Below, piece by piece: positions 26,039 to 35,684 of a stretch of 49,473 bases of DNA. This DNA is from an uncultured Acidobacteriota bacterium (GTDB lineage: Bacteria > Acidobacteriota > Polarisedimenticolia > J045): assembly GCA_964586535.1 (NCBI GenBank), contig CAZPJJ010000002.1, forward strand, positions 1 through 49,473. Reading direction: 5' to 3'. The first letter of the stretch is position 1; each line of letters starts with the position of its first letter. The translations under genes were made by a program, and so were the position numbers. The notes beneath the pieces are model-generated. The model searched no databases. It was not told where the DNA came from and saw only the letters and a list, made by a program, of their open reading frames with translations.

Positions 26039-26049
26039 CGCCGCGCGGG

Positions 26050-28095
26050 TCACGGTCGCGATCCCAGGCGCGTCGTCAGGATCCCGAGCGCTCCCAGAAC
26101 GATCACCATCCAACAGATGCGTCGCCACAGCGGCCACGACGTAGCTGTGAGCGGCAGCGTTCCCACGGGGGCGCCGTTCGGCACGTCGATGCTGCGCAGA
26201 GCTCCCGACGCCGTGCGGATCTCCTCGACGGCGACGAGACTCGTGTAGGGCGTGACGAGGCCGTGCGCGAGCGCGAGATCGACGACGCGCGCGCGCGTCG
26301 TCGCGCCGTCGCCATCCTGCGCGTCCTGCAGCGACTCGGCCTCGCGCTGCGCCCAACGCTTGGCGATGAGGCGCGCGACCTCGGGATCCTCGACCGCGAA
26401 CGCGCGCAGAGGGATGCGGATCGAAGCGCCGTGCACGTCCCCGACGAGCGCGGCATCGTCGAGTGCGGGATCCGCATCGGCCGCGGACGCATCGAACTGC
26501 AGCGGCCTCATCATCGGCTCGCCCGCGTGAAGGTCGGCGAAGGCCGCTGGCGCCGCCGCGCCGGAGGGCAGCGACCCACCGGTGAGGACGGGCGACGCGA
26601 GCACGGGTCGCGCGATGCGCTCGAGAAAGCGCTCCATCTCTCGCACACCCGCGTCACCCTCCGCCACGAACTCGGCGAGCCCGCGGCCCGTCGCGGCGAG
26701 GCGTCTCACAAGTCCGCGCTGCGGGGCCTGGCCGATGCCGACGACATGGACGCGCACGCTCTCGCGCGTCGCGGCGAGATCGAGGAGAAGCGCGCGTTCC
26801 GCGGCGACGGCGCCGTCGGTGAGCACGATCACGCGGGCGATGTGCGACGGAGGACTCGTCTTCGCCAAGCGCAAGCCAGCCGCGAGTGCGGGCGCGATCT
26901 CCGTACCGCCGCGCGCGTCGATGCCGCTGATCCAGGCGCAGGCGCGCTCGATCGTCGCGTCGTCGGCGGCCTCGAGGTGGTCGTCGAAGGGCTCGATCGC
27001 GTCGTCGAACGCAACGATCGAGAAGAGGTCGTCGTCACGAAGGGTGCGGACTGCGCTCGTCAGCGCCGCGCGCGCGGCGCGGATCGAAGGTCCGTCCATC
27101 GATCCCGAGCGATCGAGGACAAAGACCGTTGCCGAGGGAAGCGCGGCCCGCGGCGCGAGCGCGAGGTCGGGCGGCACGACATGCACGAGCGCGTAGCGTG
27201 TGCCGTCGTGAACGCCGTGCCAGATGGTCCCGGCAAAGTCTTCCGCAAAGACGGGACGCCACTCGAGCCGGAAATCGCGATCCGCGAGCAGGCTCGCCTC
27301 GCGTGGCTCGACGATGGTGACCTCACCCTCGAAGCGCACGGCGACCTCGTGCGACGGCGAGACGATGCCATCGACGGCGGCCCCGCCCGCCAACCGCACG
27401 GCGATCCGCACACGCGGCACGGAGCGCTCGCGAGCATCCGCGAAGCGCTGTGCGAGCGGCGGCTCGACACCGTTCTCTTCCGAGCCGCGCTCGAGCGGAT
27501 CGACGGGCGCGGCGCGCTGATAGCGCGGCGTGTAAGTGAGCGGCAGCGCGAGTCGGTACCGTCCTTCCTCGAGTGCAATCTCCGCGAGCGTGGTCACGAC
27601 GACGTCGACGCGCTCACGCGGTCCGACGTTCGCGACGGCAATGCGCACGAGATCCCGCCGCCGCGCCTCGACGAGCGCCGCCTTCTGACCCGCGTCCCGC
27701 GCGGCCCGGTACTCGCGCACGGCCTCGGCTTTCTCGCGGACACGGGCCACGACGATGCGTGCGCCGACGCGCACTTCCATCGTGTCGATCGCGGCGCCGT
27801 CGGCCAGCGGGAAGAGATAGCGCGCCTCGATCGTCTCGTCGTAAGGGTTCTCGAAGCTCTGCTCGTAGCGCGTCACGATCAGCGGACCGCGGACATCGAC
27901 CGTGATTGCCGTCTCGAGGAGCGGAAGCGGCTCCAACTCGCCGTCACGTTCGATGACGAGATCCGCGGCGCCGAGCGTGGCCTCGGTGAGGCGCGGTGTG
28001 CCGGGAGCGGGATCGGGCTCGGCGAGTGCCGGGAGCGCGACGAGCGCGACGACGGCGGTGAGAGCGAGGACGGCGAGCGGGCGCGTGCGGGTCAT
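26050..28095 (-). CDS. VIT + von Willebrand factor A domain protein with a C-terminal sortase sorting signal
   Basis: There is a signal peptide, a VIT-like N-terminus (VDVRGPLIVTRYEQSFENP...ARYLFPL), and a vWA MIDAS motif (VFVLDRSGSM). The C-terminus has LPLTAT, then a hydrophobic stretch (WPLWRRICWMVIVLGALGIL), then RLGSRP. The SD GGAGGA lies before the ATG at 28095. Confidence 0.85.
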   Translation of the reverse strand: MTRTRPLAVLALTAVVALVALPALAEPDPAPGTPRLTEATLGAADLVIERDGELEPLPLLETAITVDVRGPLIVTRYEQSFENPYDETIEARYLFPLADGAAIDTMEVRVGARIVVARVREKAEAVREYRAARDAGQKAALVEARRRDLVRIAVANVGPRERVDVVVTTLAEIALEEGRYRLALPLTYTPRYQRAAPVDPLERGSEENGVEPPLAQRFADARERSVPRVRIAVRLAGGAAVDGIVSPSHEVAVRFEGEVTIVEPREASLLADRDFRLEWRPVFAEDFAGTIWHGVHDGTRYALVHVVPPDLALAPRAALPSATVFVLDRSGSMDGPSIRAARAALTSAVRTLRDDDLFSIVAFDDAIEPFDDHLEAADDATIERACAWISGIDARGGTEIAPALAAGLRLAKTSPPSHIARVIVLTDGAVAAERALLLDLAATRESVRVHVVGIGQAPQRGLVRRLAATGRGLAEFVAEGDAGVREMERFLERIARPVLASPVLTGGSLPSGAAAPAAFADLHAGEPMMRPLQFDASAADADPALDDAALVGDVHGASIRIPLRAFAVEDPEVARLIAKRWAQREAESLQDAQDGDGATTRARVVDLALAHGLVTPYTSLVAVEEIRTASGALRSIDVPNGAPVGTLPLTATSWPLWRRICWMVIVLGALGILTTRLGSRP

Positions 28096-28361
28096 GGGTC
28101 CTTCCTCCACGTTCGCCGATCCCCATCGCAATACCCAGGCCAGACCCTGGCCCGCCGCCGGCCCGGCCTGGAATCGGGCTCAGGGCAGGGCTTTTCCGCG
28201 GGATGGCATCGCCGAGAGGGCCGTCGCCGGAACGCAAGTCGTCGCGGGTGGGCCACGGATCCTGTCGTCCGCGGACGACGCGGGAGCGGGAGTCGCGATG
28301 ACGAACTTGTCACGGACCCGGGGGGGACCAAACTTGACCGCTGGAGGCCGAGGAGGTTGAC

Positions 28362-28769
28362 GTGAGCACCATCGTCGTCACGAACAAGATCGTCGCGCAC
28401 TACCGGGACGGTCGTCTGGTCAAAGGCACGACGAACGATTTCTCACCGGCGAAGCCGATCTTCCATGTGCAAGAGACCGATGGCGAGCACGCCATGCGTG
28501 AGGTCTCGATCGTCGACCTCAAGGCGCTCTTCTTCGTGAAGACCTACGAGGGCGACCCCAACCACGAGCGGGACGACCGCGGCACGGGTCCCGCCGGCGC
28601 CGGCCGCCGCATCGAGGTCACCTTCCTGGACGGTGAGGTCATGGTCGGCTGCACAAGCGGCTACAGCCCGCAGAAGCCCGGCTTCTTCGTCGTCCCCGTC
28701 GACGCGGGCGGCAACAACGAGCGCGTCTTTGTCGTCAACGCCGCCGTCTCGAAAGTCCGCTGGCTCTGA
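28362..28769 (+). CDS. Hypothetical 135-aa protein built from two related halves
   Basis: The GTG start lies after GAGGAGG. The two halves share the pattern DG.(L/V).(K/V)G.T..(F/Y)SP.KP.F(H/F)V....... followed by (F/V)F(F/V)V. GC3 bias is good. No family was recognised. Confidence 0.7.
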   Translation: MSTIVVTNKIVAHYRDGRLVKGTTNDFSPAKPIFHVQETDGEHAMREVSIVDLKALFFVKTYEGDPNHERDDRGTGPAGAGRRIEVTFLDGEVMVGCTSGYSPQKPGFFVVPVDAGGNNERVFVVNAAVSKVRWL

Positions 28770-28780
28770 TCCGCCCACCC

Positions 28781-28816
28781 GGGGACGGTCGACTTAGAGG
28801 GACAGGCGACTGTCCC
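28781..28816. repeat. REP-like cluster 2: one 17-nt unit (GGGGACGGTCGACTTAG) and the hairpin GGGACAG-GCGA-CTGTCCC
   Basis: Read directly from the sequence. The cluster starts 12 nt after the stop of the preceding gene and belongs to the same family as 504-584 and 48630-48710. Confidence 0.75.
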
Positions 28817-28964
28817 GGCCCACGGATCGATTCCCCCCTCCTTGCCACTCACCGCGCGAGAGAATCCGCACCGAGAATTCGACCCGTCGTCTGCTGTCGC
28901 TTCGGTGCAGACTCCGCCCATCAAGCCGCGCGCCGCCCACGGGCTCGCCTCAGGAGGACTCTCC

Positions 28965-29507
28965 GTGCGTAACGTCACCGCGATCGCCCTCGCCGCCGCC
29001 TCGTCCCTCGCGCTATCGTCCCTCTCGCTTGCCGCGGAACCCCGCGACGTCCCCACGGGCGGATTCGCCTTCGAGATCGAGGTGGTCGTGCCCGGCACTC
29101 CCGAGCAGACATGGGATGCGTTCACCGCCGAGACGCTCTCGTGGTGGGATCACACATTCTCGGGCGGTCCCAGGGCGCTCTACATCGACACCAAACCCGG
29201 GGGCGGTTTCTACGAGATCTTCGACGACGCGGGCAACGGCGCGATGCACGCCCGCGTGACCTACGCCGACCGCGGCAAGAAGCTCCGAATGGTTGGTCCG
29301 CTCGGTCTTGCCGATCATGCGATCGAACTCGTTTGTACGCTGACCTTCACTCCCATCGACGCCGCAACGAAAGTCGCTCTCTCCGTGCATGCCGCGGGCG
29401 AGGTCCACGAAGGTTGGCCGAAGGTCGTCGAGAGCGTCTGGCGGCACTTTCTCGTCGAGCGCTTCGTGCCCTACATGAACGGGAAGGCCAAGCAGCGTAC
29501 GCCGTAA
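28965..29507 (+). CDS. Exported SRPBCC / AHSA1-like (START-fold) protein
   Basis: The GTG start lies 5 nt after AGGAGG. The signal peptide is AIALAAASSLALSSLSLAA. The segment PEQTWDAFTAETLSWWDHTF...GGGFYEIFDDAGNGAMHARVTY is typical of AHSA1/SRPBCC proteins. Confidence 0.75.
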   Translation: MRNVTAIALAAASSLALSSLSLAAEPRDVPTGGFAFEIEVVVPGTPEQTWDAFTAETLSWWDHTFSGGPRALYIDTKPGGGFYEIFDDAGNGAMHARVTYADRGKKLRMVGPLGLADHAIELVCTLTFTPIDAATKVALSVHAAGEVHEGWPKVVESVWRHFLVERFVPYMNGKAKQRTP

Positions 29508-29702
29508 AGCGCGAGAACTCGATGCCTGCTCCGCCGCTTCCTCGCTCGACCTGAACCAATCGCAACGACCCGGAGAATGACTCTTCTCGCGGACGAGCGT
29601 GCCGTTGCGGAGGCGATGGATCCTCGACCATCGCAGCGCGTCCCCCTCTCTCACCGCAGTTTTCACTTGGCGCTCGCCTGAGCGAAACATGCGCGGGATT
29701 GA

Positions 29703-30515
29703 ATGGCGCCCATCCCAGAGCGCGCCCTTGTCGCGCCATGTCCTGCGAGCGACACCGTTCGACTGGCGAATCACGTGTGGCTTCGCCCCTGGGAGACGTG
29801 TGCCACGAGACAAAGGAAGATCGCCATCATCTCGGCGCTCTGCGCGACGGCCTGTGCCGGTGCGACGCTCGCCAACGACGCGGTTCGCTCCTCGCTGAAG
29901 GCGATTCCGGCTCGCGGCATCGGTAGGGCCTCCGCGGGAGAAGCCTCGCGGCTCATCGATCCCTTTCTGCAGCTCCATACCGAAGACTCGGTCAACGTGG
30001 TCTGGGTGACCGAGTTCGAGGGTGCGAAGCATGTGCTCGTCTACGGGGAAGGTTTCGACCAACTCGCCGCGGGCAGCGCTCGTTCGCTCGCGGCGCTGTC
30101 CGAAGGCGCTTCGACGCCGAAACTGCGCGTCGTCTCCGCCGATACGTTCCAGTTCTCGAGCCTGCGCGAGGTTCAGTCTTCGCGAGTTCCGGGCCGCCGC
30201 TACGACTCCGAGCAGGCTCGTCCGCTCTGGCGCCACGAGGCTTTCGCTGCCGGCCTCACGACCGTTCAGCGAGTTCCCTACGCCGTGATCAGCGTCCGCG
30301 AGGATGGCTCCGTTGCCGTCAGCGATGTCTTCTCGCTCGCGCCCAAGCTTGCGCCGTGGATTCAAGAGAACTACGCGGCGACCGACGATCCCCACGGCCT
30401 CGCGCCGATCGTCCCCAACGTCAGTCTCCTCATTGACGCGAACGGCAACGCCATGCCCTCCGAGGCCGGCAACGACTACACGGTGTTCTCGATCCTCGAC
30501 ACCGCAAAGGCGTGA
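29703..30515 (+). CDS. Hypothetical exported protein
   Basis: The ORF has acceptable codon bias and an internal signal-like segment (KIAIISALCATACAGATLA), which suggests the true start is downstream (GTG near 29775). No family was recognised. Confidence 0.45.
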   Translation: MAPIPERALVAPCPASDTVRLANHVWLRPWETCATRQRKIAIISALCATACAGATLANDAVRSSLKAIPARGIGRASAGEASRLIDPFLQLHTEDSVNVVWVTEFEGAKHVLVYGEGFDQLAAGSARSLAALSEGASTPKLRVVSADTFQFSSLREVQSSRVPGRRYDSEQARPLWRHEAFAAGLTTVQRVPYAVISVREDGSVAVSDVFSLAPKLAPWIQENYAATDDPHGLAPIVPNVSLLIDANGNAMPSEAGNDYTVFSILDTAKA

Positions 30516-30611
30516 TCACGTCCTACATCTACGATGTCCGTGCCCCGCAGGATAGCTTGCGCGTGCTCGACGAATTCCAGATCGACTGAGGATTCGCTCC
30601 GATCGCCAGCA

Positions 30612-30653
30612 GACGGGACTCGGGGCTCGCCCCGCGTCCCGTTCTCATTCTTG
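30612..30653 (+). terminator. Possible rho-independent terminator
   Basis: The stem GACGGGAC...GTCCCGT, with an inner stem CGGGGC/GCCCCG, is followed by TCTCATTCTTGT. It lies about 100 nt after the stop at 30515. Confidence 0.4.
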
Positions 30654-31169
30654 TCACCGCGAGACGAGCGAGAAGGGCGGGTAGTCGTGGATGCGATGAA
30701 AGTCGGGAGCGTCGCCGGAGAGCGGATGAGCCGCCAAGTAACGGCGCTGCTCGCCCTCGCCGTGGATCGCGAACGCGTTCGCGCGCTCGATCGGGCAGGG
30801 TAGGTCGGCGAGCGCGACGTGGGCGACGCCGCGCCAGCGCCCGTGAGCGCGTTCCGCGCGGTACGAGAGCGGAATCTCGGCGCGCACGAGGCGGCGAGCA
30901 CCTTGAAACGCGAGCGCCAGATGGTGGCCGTGAGGGCCCAGCTCGATCTCGACGTAGCGCTCGCCGGGGCCGACGAGGAAGACCTCCAGGACCTCGTGCT
31001 CCCAAAGTCCATCGACGCGGCCCGTGGGCGCGTTGGGAGCGGGATCGTTGAAGAAGGGCGCGTCCACGGCGACGACCAGCGCCTCGCCTCGGGCGAAGAG
31101 GGTCACGTCCGCGACCTCGTCGGCTCCGACGGGTTCCCCGTTCCACTCTGACGCAATGGTGAAGTGCAT
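30654..31169 (-). CDS. Hypothetical 171-aa protein (possible CBM9/DOMON-like beta-sandwich)
   Basis: The Met start at 31169 gives MHFTIASEWNGEP... The segment GLWEHEVLEVFLVGPGERYVEIELGPHGHHL resembles CBM9-like proteins. The assignment is tentative. Confidence 0.55.
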   Translation of the reverse strand: MHFTIASEWNGEPVGADEVADVTLFARGEALVVAVDAPFFNDPAPNAPTGRVDGLWEHEVLEVFLVGPGERYVEIELGPHGHHLALAFQGARRLVRAEIPLSYRAERAHGRWRGVAHVALADLPCPIERANAFAIHGEGEQRRYLAAHPLSGDAPDFHRIHDYPPFSLVSR

Positions 31170-31563
31170 CGCCGTCAGTATCCGTGCAGAGACCGCCTTC
31201 GGGGAAGCGTCACAGCGCCCGGGCGGCTCGAGCCGGTGGGCAAAGACCGAGCGGCGAGTTCGGGAGAGAACTCGCCGCCCGATGGACGGGACTGGGCGAT
31301 TGGGGGTGGAAAACCAGTCCGCGCCCATTGCTGTTCAAGACGCTGGAGCCGATGAACACCACGCAAGATCCTCAGACCTCGGCGGAAAGCCGCCGAGAGC
31401 CGTCGGGCATAGAAAGGATCATCGAAGAAGGGGCTTCCTGGTATCGGGGAAACCCTGATAACAGGCGGCTCAATCCCCGATGGTTCGCGCGGGGGGCCTG
31501 GAGTCGCGCAGCATCGGCGCGCTGGGGCGCACTTCCGCATCTGCCGCGCGACGTTCTCTTCGA

Positions 31564-32208
31564 CTAGTGATCCGGCGAGACGATCCCCTCGCGAATCGCG
31601 AAGCGCACGAGCCCAGGAACGTCGTGAATGCCGAGGCGCTCCATGATCTGGGCGCGATGCGTTTCCACGGTTTTCACCGAGAGCCCGAGATCCGCGGCGA
31701 TCTCTTTGGTGGAGCGGCTTTCTGCGATGAGCTGGAGCACTTCGCGCTGGCGCGGGCTCAGCCGGTCGAGCGGAGTTTCGCGAGGATGATCGCCGTGGAT
31801 GAAGTCCTCGACGAGGCGCCGCGAGAGCGAGGCGCTCAGGAAGAGACCGCCCTTCGCGACCGAATCCAACGCGGCGGAGAGGTCGGAGACCGCTGATTCT
31901 TTGAGCAAGTACCCCGACGCGCCCGCGCGCAGCGCTTGGAGCACGTAGCTCTCGCCGGCATGCATCGAGAGGATGAGCACCTTTGGCTTGGCGCCCGTCA
32001 AGCGCAAGCGCTTCGTCACCTCGAGTCCGTTCAATCCGGGCATCGTGATGTCGAGGAGGACGACGTCGGGCTTCAACTCGGTCGCGAGGCGCAAGGTCTC
32101 CTGGCCATCTCCGGTTTCCGCGACGACTTCGATTCCGGGCATGGACGCGAGGAGTGCACGCAGGCCGCTTCTTACGAGTTGGTGATCGTCGGCAAGCAGG
32201 ACTTTCAA
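31564..32208 (-). CDS. NarL/LuxR-family response regulator
   Basis: The REC domain reads (L)KVLLADDHQLVRSGL...DVVLLDITMPGLNG...ILSMH. The LuxR HTH reads LSPRQREVLQLIAESRSTKEIAADLGLSVKTVETHR. The TTG start overlaps the kinase stop (TTGA). Confidence 0.9.
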   Translation of the reverse strand: MKVLLADDHQLVRSGLRALLASMPGIEVVAETGDGQETLRLATELKPDVVLLDITMPGLNGLEVTKRLRLTGAKPKVLILSMHAGESYVLQALRAGASGYLLKESAVSDLSAALDSVAKGGLFLSASLSRRLVEDFIHGDHPRETPLDRLSPRQREVLQLIAESRSTKEIAADLGLSVKTVETHRAQIMERLGIHDVPGLVRFAIREGIVSPDH

Positions 32209-35200
32209 TGGCCTTCTTCCTTCTTGGAATCCCGAGAACAGGGGAGATCCGCCTGAACGCGCGTTCCTCGGCCTGGTTTCGAGTCGATGCGCCAAGAGCC
32301 GCCGAGATTCTGCGCGCGCTCGTTCATGCCGGGGAGCCCGGTGCTGGGCAGGAGCGCCGGAGCATCCGTGATCGCGGTTGCGTCGAAGCCGACGCCGTCG
32401 TCCTCGACGGTGACGACGAGGCTATCGCCGCTCCGCTTCAATCGAATCACCGCCTTCTTCGCGTGAGCGTGCCGCGCGACGTTCGTAAGCGCCTCCTGGA
32501 CGATGCGGTAGGCGGCCGTCTCGACCTCGGCGGGCAACTCGTCGACGTCGTCACTCGTCTCCAAGCGAATGCTGAGATTCGTGCGCCACGACTGGGAGTC
32601 GATGAGGGCCTGAACCGCACCCTTCAGTCCGATTTCGTCGATGAGCGGCGGGCGCAAGGCAAAGGAGAGCGTGCGGACGAGTCCGATCATGCGGTCGATG
32701 ATCGCCGTCGTGTCGGTGACGCGCAGTCCCGCCGACTCGTCGAGGGGGACCTTCTCCAGCAGCTGCACGTTGATCTTGGCCGCGGTGAGAAGCTGTCCCA
32801 TCTCGTCGTGGAGTTCGCGGGCGATTCGACGGCGCTCGTCTTCTTGTGCGACCTCGAGGCGGCGCGACGTCTCTCGGAGTCTCGCGACCGCTCCCTGCAG
32901 CGCGAGTTCCTTCGCTTGCGCCGCCATGAGCGCGTCCTCGCGAGCGCGCTGCAGGGCGGTGAGTTCCTTGTTGCGGCGCTCGAGAACGCGCGTGCGCCGT
33001 CGATGCCAAGCAAGGCCCGCGCCGAAGACGGCCGCGAGGACGAGTCCGCGGAACCAGATCGTGCGGTAGAAGGGCGGCACCACGCGGAGCGTCAGCGACA
33101 ACGGAGGGTCGCTCCACTCGCCGCGCGCGCTGCGTCCGCGGATCTCGAGGCGGTGCTGGCCCGCCGGGAGGTTCGCGAAGGTCAGTTCCCGCGTGGCGCC
33201 GAGATCCGTCCACTCGGTCGCACCCTCGAGGCCACGGTAGGCGTAGCGATGGCGTCGATGCAGGTCGAAATCGAGCACCGCGAAGCGAAGGGTCAGAATG
33301 TCGCTCTGCGCGAGTCGGATCTCGCGAGGTGGCCACGTCGATGCTGTCTCGTTCGCGGATGCGCCGCGACGGAGAATCTCGCTGAACGCGATCGGCGATG
33401 GTTCGGGGTAGAGAAGAGGCGCCCCGTCCTCGACGACGACGAGTCCGCGTCGCGTACCGAAGAGCGCGCCTCGGCGGGAGCGAGTTCTGGCGCCCATGTT
33501 GACCTCGGCGGATGCCAGACCGTCCGCCGAGCCGTAGCTGAGAAAGAGCCCCGTATCCGGGGCGTGCCTCGTGAGCCCCCGCCTCGAACCGATCCACAGT
33601 GTGCCGTCGAGTTCCTCGACCAGGGCGGTGATGCTGTCGTCGAGGAGTCCATCGCGTGCCGTGATTCGCTCGAACTTGGCCTTCGTACCTGGGCCCACCT
33701 CGAGCGTGCGGAGAAGACCGCCTCCGCTGGTGCCGATCCAGATCGCGCCGTTGCACGTGGACTCGAGGATGTCGGTGATGAAAGGGTGCGGGACGGCTTC
33801 TGGATTCGCGGCGTCGACGGTGAGTCCGAGGGCGATGTCGCGCTCGCGGTCCACCAAGAAGAGCCCCGAGGAGCGCGTGCCCATCCAGAGCCGGCCGGCG
33901 CGATCCTCGTGAAGGGCGGTGACGAAGACGTTCTCGAGGGCCGTCCCGGAAGAATCCTCGATCGGGATCGTCTCGAAGGCCGTCTCGTCCTCGCTGAGGC
34001 GTTGCAAGCCGCTCACTCCCGAGCCGATCCAGACGCGGCCGCCGCGATCGACGAGGAGCGCGTGGTGGTAGCCCGGCGCGAGCGCTGTGGGATCGGCCGG
34101 ATTCGGTTCGTAGGCCGTCACGGAGTCCTCGCTCTGGTCGATGACCAGCACGCCACGCGACGATCCGATCCAGAGACGTCCGTCCGGCGCGCGGGTGATG
34201 CGGAGCACTCCTGTGGCGACGCGCTGCGCGCTGTGCGAAAAACGAAAGCGGACGAGCTCAGTGGCGCCGGGATCGAGACGATCGAGTCCACCTCCGAACG
34301 ACCCGACCCAGAGCGTACCGTCCGGATCCTCGTGAAGAGCCGAGATCTCCGGCACGGACATCAGTGCCAGACCGCCTCCCCGCAGCGAAAGCGTGCGGAT
34401 TGCCGCGGGCCGTTCGCGGACACGAAGTAGTCCGTGACCTGCGCTACCAATCCACAACGTGCCGTCGCGATCGGTGCCGAGCGCGGTCGCGACTTTCCAT
34501 GTCGATAATTCGGGCGGGGCAGCTGGCGTCGCGATCGTCGAAACGGAAGTCGTGCCGTCGTCGAAGCGGTAGACGCCCGAGAAGGAGGCGACCCACACGC
34601 CGCCCGCGGGATCGGCGAGGACGCGGGTCACGATGGACGGCGGACGGGGCTGGCCGTCGCTCCCGAGAAAGATCAGGCGTTCGAGTATCTTTCCATCCGC
34701 CGAAAGCCGCGCTCCACCGTCCCGCAGACCGATCCAGAGGCGCCGTTCCGCGTCGAAAGCGAGCGCGAAGGCGTCCGCCGTCGCGAGCGCATGCGAATCG
34801 TCCGGATCTACCGGAAGCTCGGTCACCGAGCCCGTCGATCGCGCGTAGCGCAAGACCCCGCCCCCGAGGACGGCCGCCCAGACGACATCGTCGGACTCCC
34901 GCGCGAGGGAGAGGACGAACTCCTGTCCCCGGCGTGGATGGTCCTGGGGAAGGAGCGGCACCCTCTCGATGTGGCCCGTGGCGACGTCGAGGAGGTTCAG
35001 GCCGAGCTGCGTACCGACCCAGAGCGATCCGGGATGAGCCGCCGCGATCGCGTAGACGCTGTTGCTGCTCAGCGACGCTGGGTTGCCGGGATCGTGTCCA
35101 AAGGCGACGAAATGCCCCCGCGCGCGGTCGAAGCGATGCAGGCCCCCGGAGTTGGTCCCGATCCAGAGCGTGCCCGACGCGTCCTCGAAGATCGATTTGA

Positions 35201-35504
35201 CCCACGAATCGCGCAGCGAACCGGGATCTTCGACATCGTGCTGGTACCGCGCGAAATCGTAGCCGTCGTACCGGAAGAGCCCCTCGCGCGCGCCGATCCA
35301 GAGCATCCCCGACGAGTCGACGGTGAGCGCTTCGATCGACTCGACCGGCAGCCCGTCACGGGGGCCGAGCACCTCAGGGTCGAGCCGGTCGGCCAACGAG
35401 GCGGATCCGACGACCGAGGCGAGAGCGAGAGCGGCGACACGCACGGCGAACACCTTCCAGCGCCGCCGCGGAGAACTTGCAGGGTGTCCGTGAGCCGATC
35501 GCAT
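32205..35504 (-). CDS. Sensor histidine kinase with a periplasmic double beta-propeller plus Y_Y_Y domain, HisKA_3 and HATPase_c
   Basis: Propeller motifs repeat (LWIGT.-GGL.R(F/Y)). The Y_Y_Y-like segment is YAYRGLEGATEWTDLG...LPAGQHRLEIRG and the TM segment is IWFRGLVLAAVFGAGLAW. The H-box is ERRRIARELHDEMGQLL, followed by N and G boxes. The Met start at 35504 was preferred, with 35597 possible. Confidence 0.9.
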   Translation of the reverse strand: MRSAHGHPASSPRRRWKVFAVRVAALALASVVGSASLADRLDPEVLGPRDGLPVESIEALTVDSSGMLWIGAREGLFRYDGYDFARYQHDVEDPGSLRDSWVKSIFEDASGTLWIGTNSGGLHRFDRARGHFVAFGHDPGNPASLSSNSVYAIAAAHPGSLWVGTQLGLNLLDVATGHIERVPLLPQDHPRRGQEFVLSLARESDDVVWAAVLGGGVLRYARSTGSVTELPVDPDDSHALATADAFALAFDAERRLWIGLRDGGARLSADGKILERLIFLGSDGQPRPPSIVTRVLADPAGGVWVASFSGVYRFDDGTTSVSTIATPAAPPELSTWKVATALGTDRDGTLWIGSAGHGLLRVRERPAAIRTLSLRGGGLALMSVPEISALHEDPDGTLWVGSFGGGLDRLDPGATELVRFRFSHSAQRVATGVLRITRAPDGRLWIGSSRGVLVIDQSEDSVTAYEPNPADPTALAPGYHHALLVDRGGRVWIGSGVSGLQRLSEDETAFETIPIEDSSGTALENVFVTALHEDRAGRLWMGTRSSGLFLVDRERDIALGLTVDAANPEAVPHPFITDILESTCNGAIWIGTSGGGLLRTLEVGPGTKAKFERITARDGLLDDSITALVEELDGTLWIGSRRGLTRHAPDTGLFLSYGSADGLASAEVNMGARTRSRRGALFGTRRGLVVVEDGAPLLYPEPSPIAFSEILRRGASANETASTWPPREIRLAQSDILTLRFAVLDFDLHRRHRYAYRGLEGATEWTDLGATRELTFANLPAGQHRLEIRGRSARGEWSDPPLSLTLRVVPPFYRTIWFRGLVLAAVFGAGLAWHRRRTRVLERRNKELTALQRAREDALMAAQAKELALQGAVARLRETSRRLEVAQEDERRRIARELHDEMGQLLTAAKINVQLLEKVPLDESAGLRVTDTTAIIDRMIGLVRTLSFALRPPLIDEIGLKGAVQALIDSQSWRTNLSIRLETSDDVDELPAEVETAAYRIVQEALTNVARHAHAKKAVIRLKRSGDSLVVTVEDDGVGFDATAITDAPALLPSTGLPGMNERAQNLGGSWRIDSKPGRGTRVQADLPCSRDSKKEEGH

Positions 35505-35684
35505 TCGCCGAATGATAGGTGCGATCGCCCCCCATCTCGCCTGAACAGACTCTAACCAAACTGCTGACCCGGTCTTGGCTCCTGTTATCTCGCACACTTC
35601 CTTCTGGTGCCCACCAACGGTTGGAATCGCGGTCTCATCCGGGCGATATCCGCGTTTCTCGCTGCAATCTCCAGGAGGTTCGCC

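Noticed and set aside
26263-28365. 700-aa plus-strand ORF antisense to the VIT-vWA gene. Analogous long antisense ORFs lie at 3316-4380, 4259-5722, 14284-15540, 17177-18439, 32154-34430, 36987-38630, 40470-41936, 42430-43455 and 47319-48668.
   Set aside because: Each is antisense to a gene with clear family motifs. Their products are dominated by Arg, Gly, Asp and Glu runs with no motifs. High GC suppresses stop codons on the opposite strand.
31170-31563. 394-bp gap with hairpins (GCGGCGAGTTC-GGGAGA-GAACTCGCCGC at 31250-31277; CTCGGCGG-AAAG-CCGCCGAG at 31377-31396) and a candidate ORF at 31184-31567
   Set aside because: The ORF has weak GC3 bias, no SD and no recognisable motif. The hairpins lack U-tracts and match no RNA family I know. 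This is probably just a regulatory spacer, and RNA-seq could revisit it.
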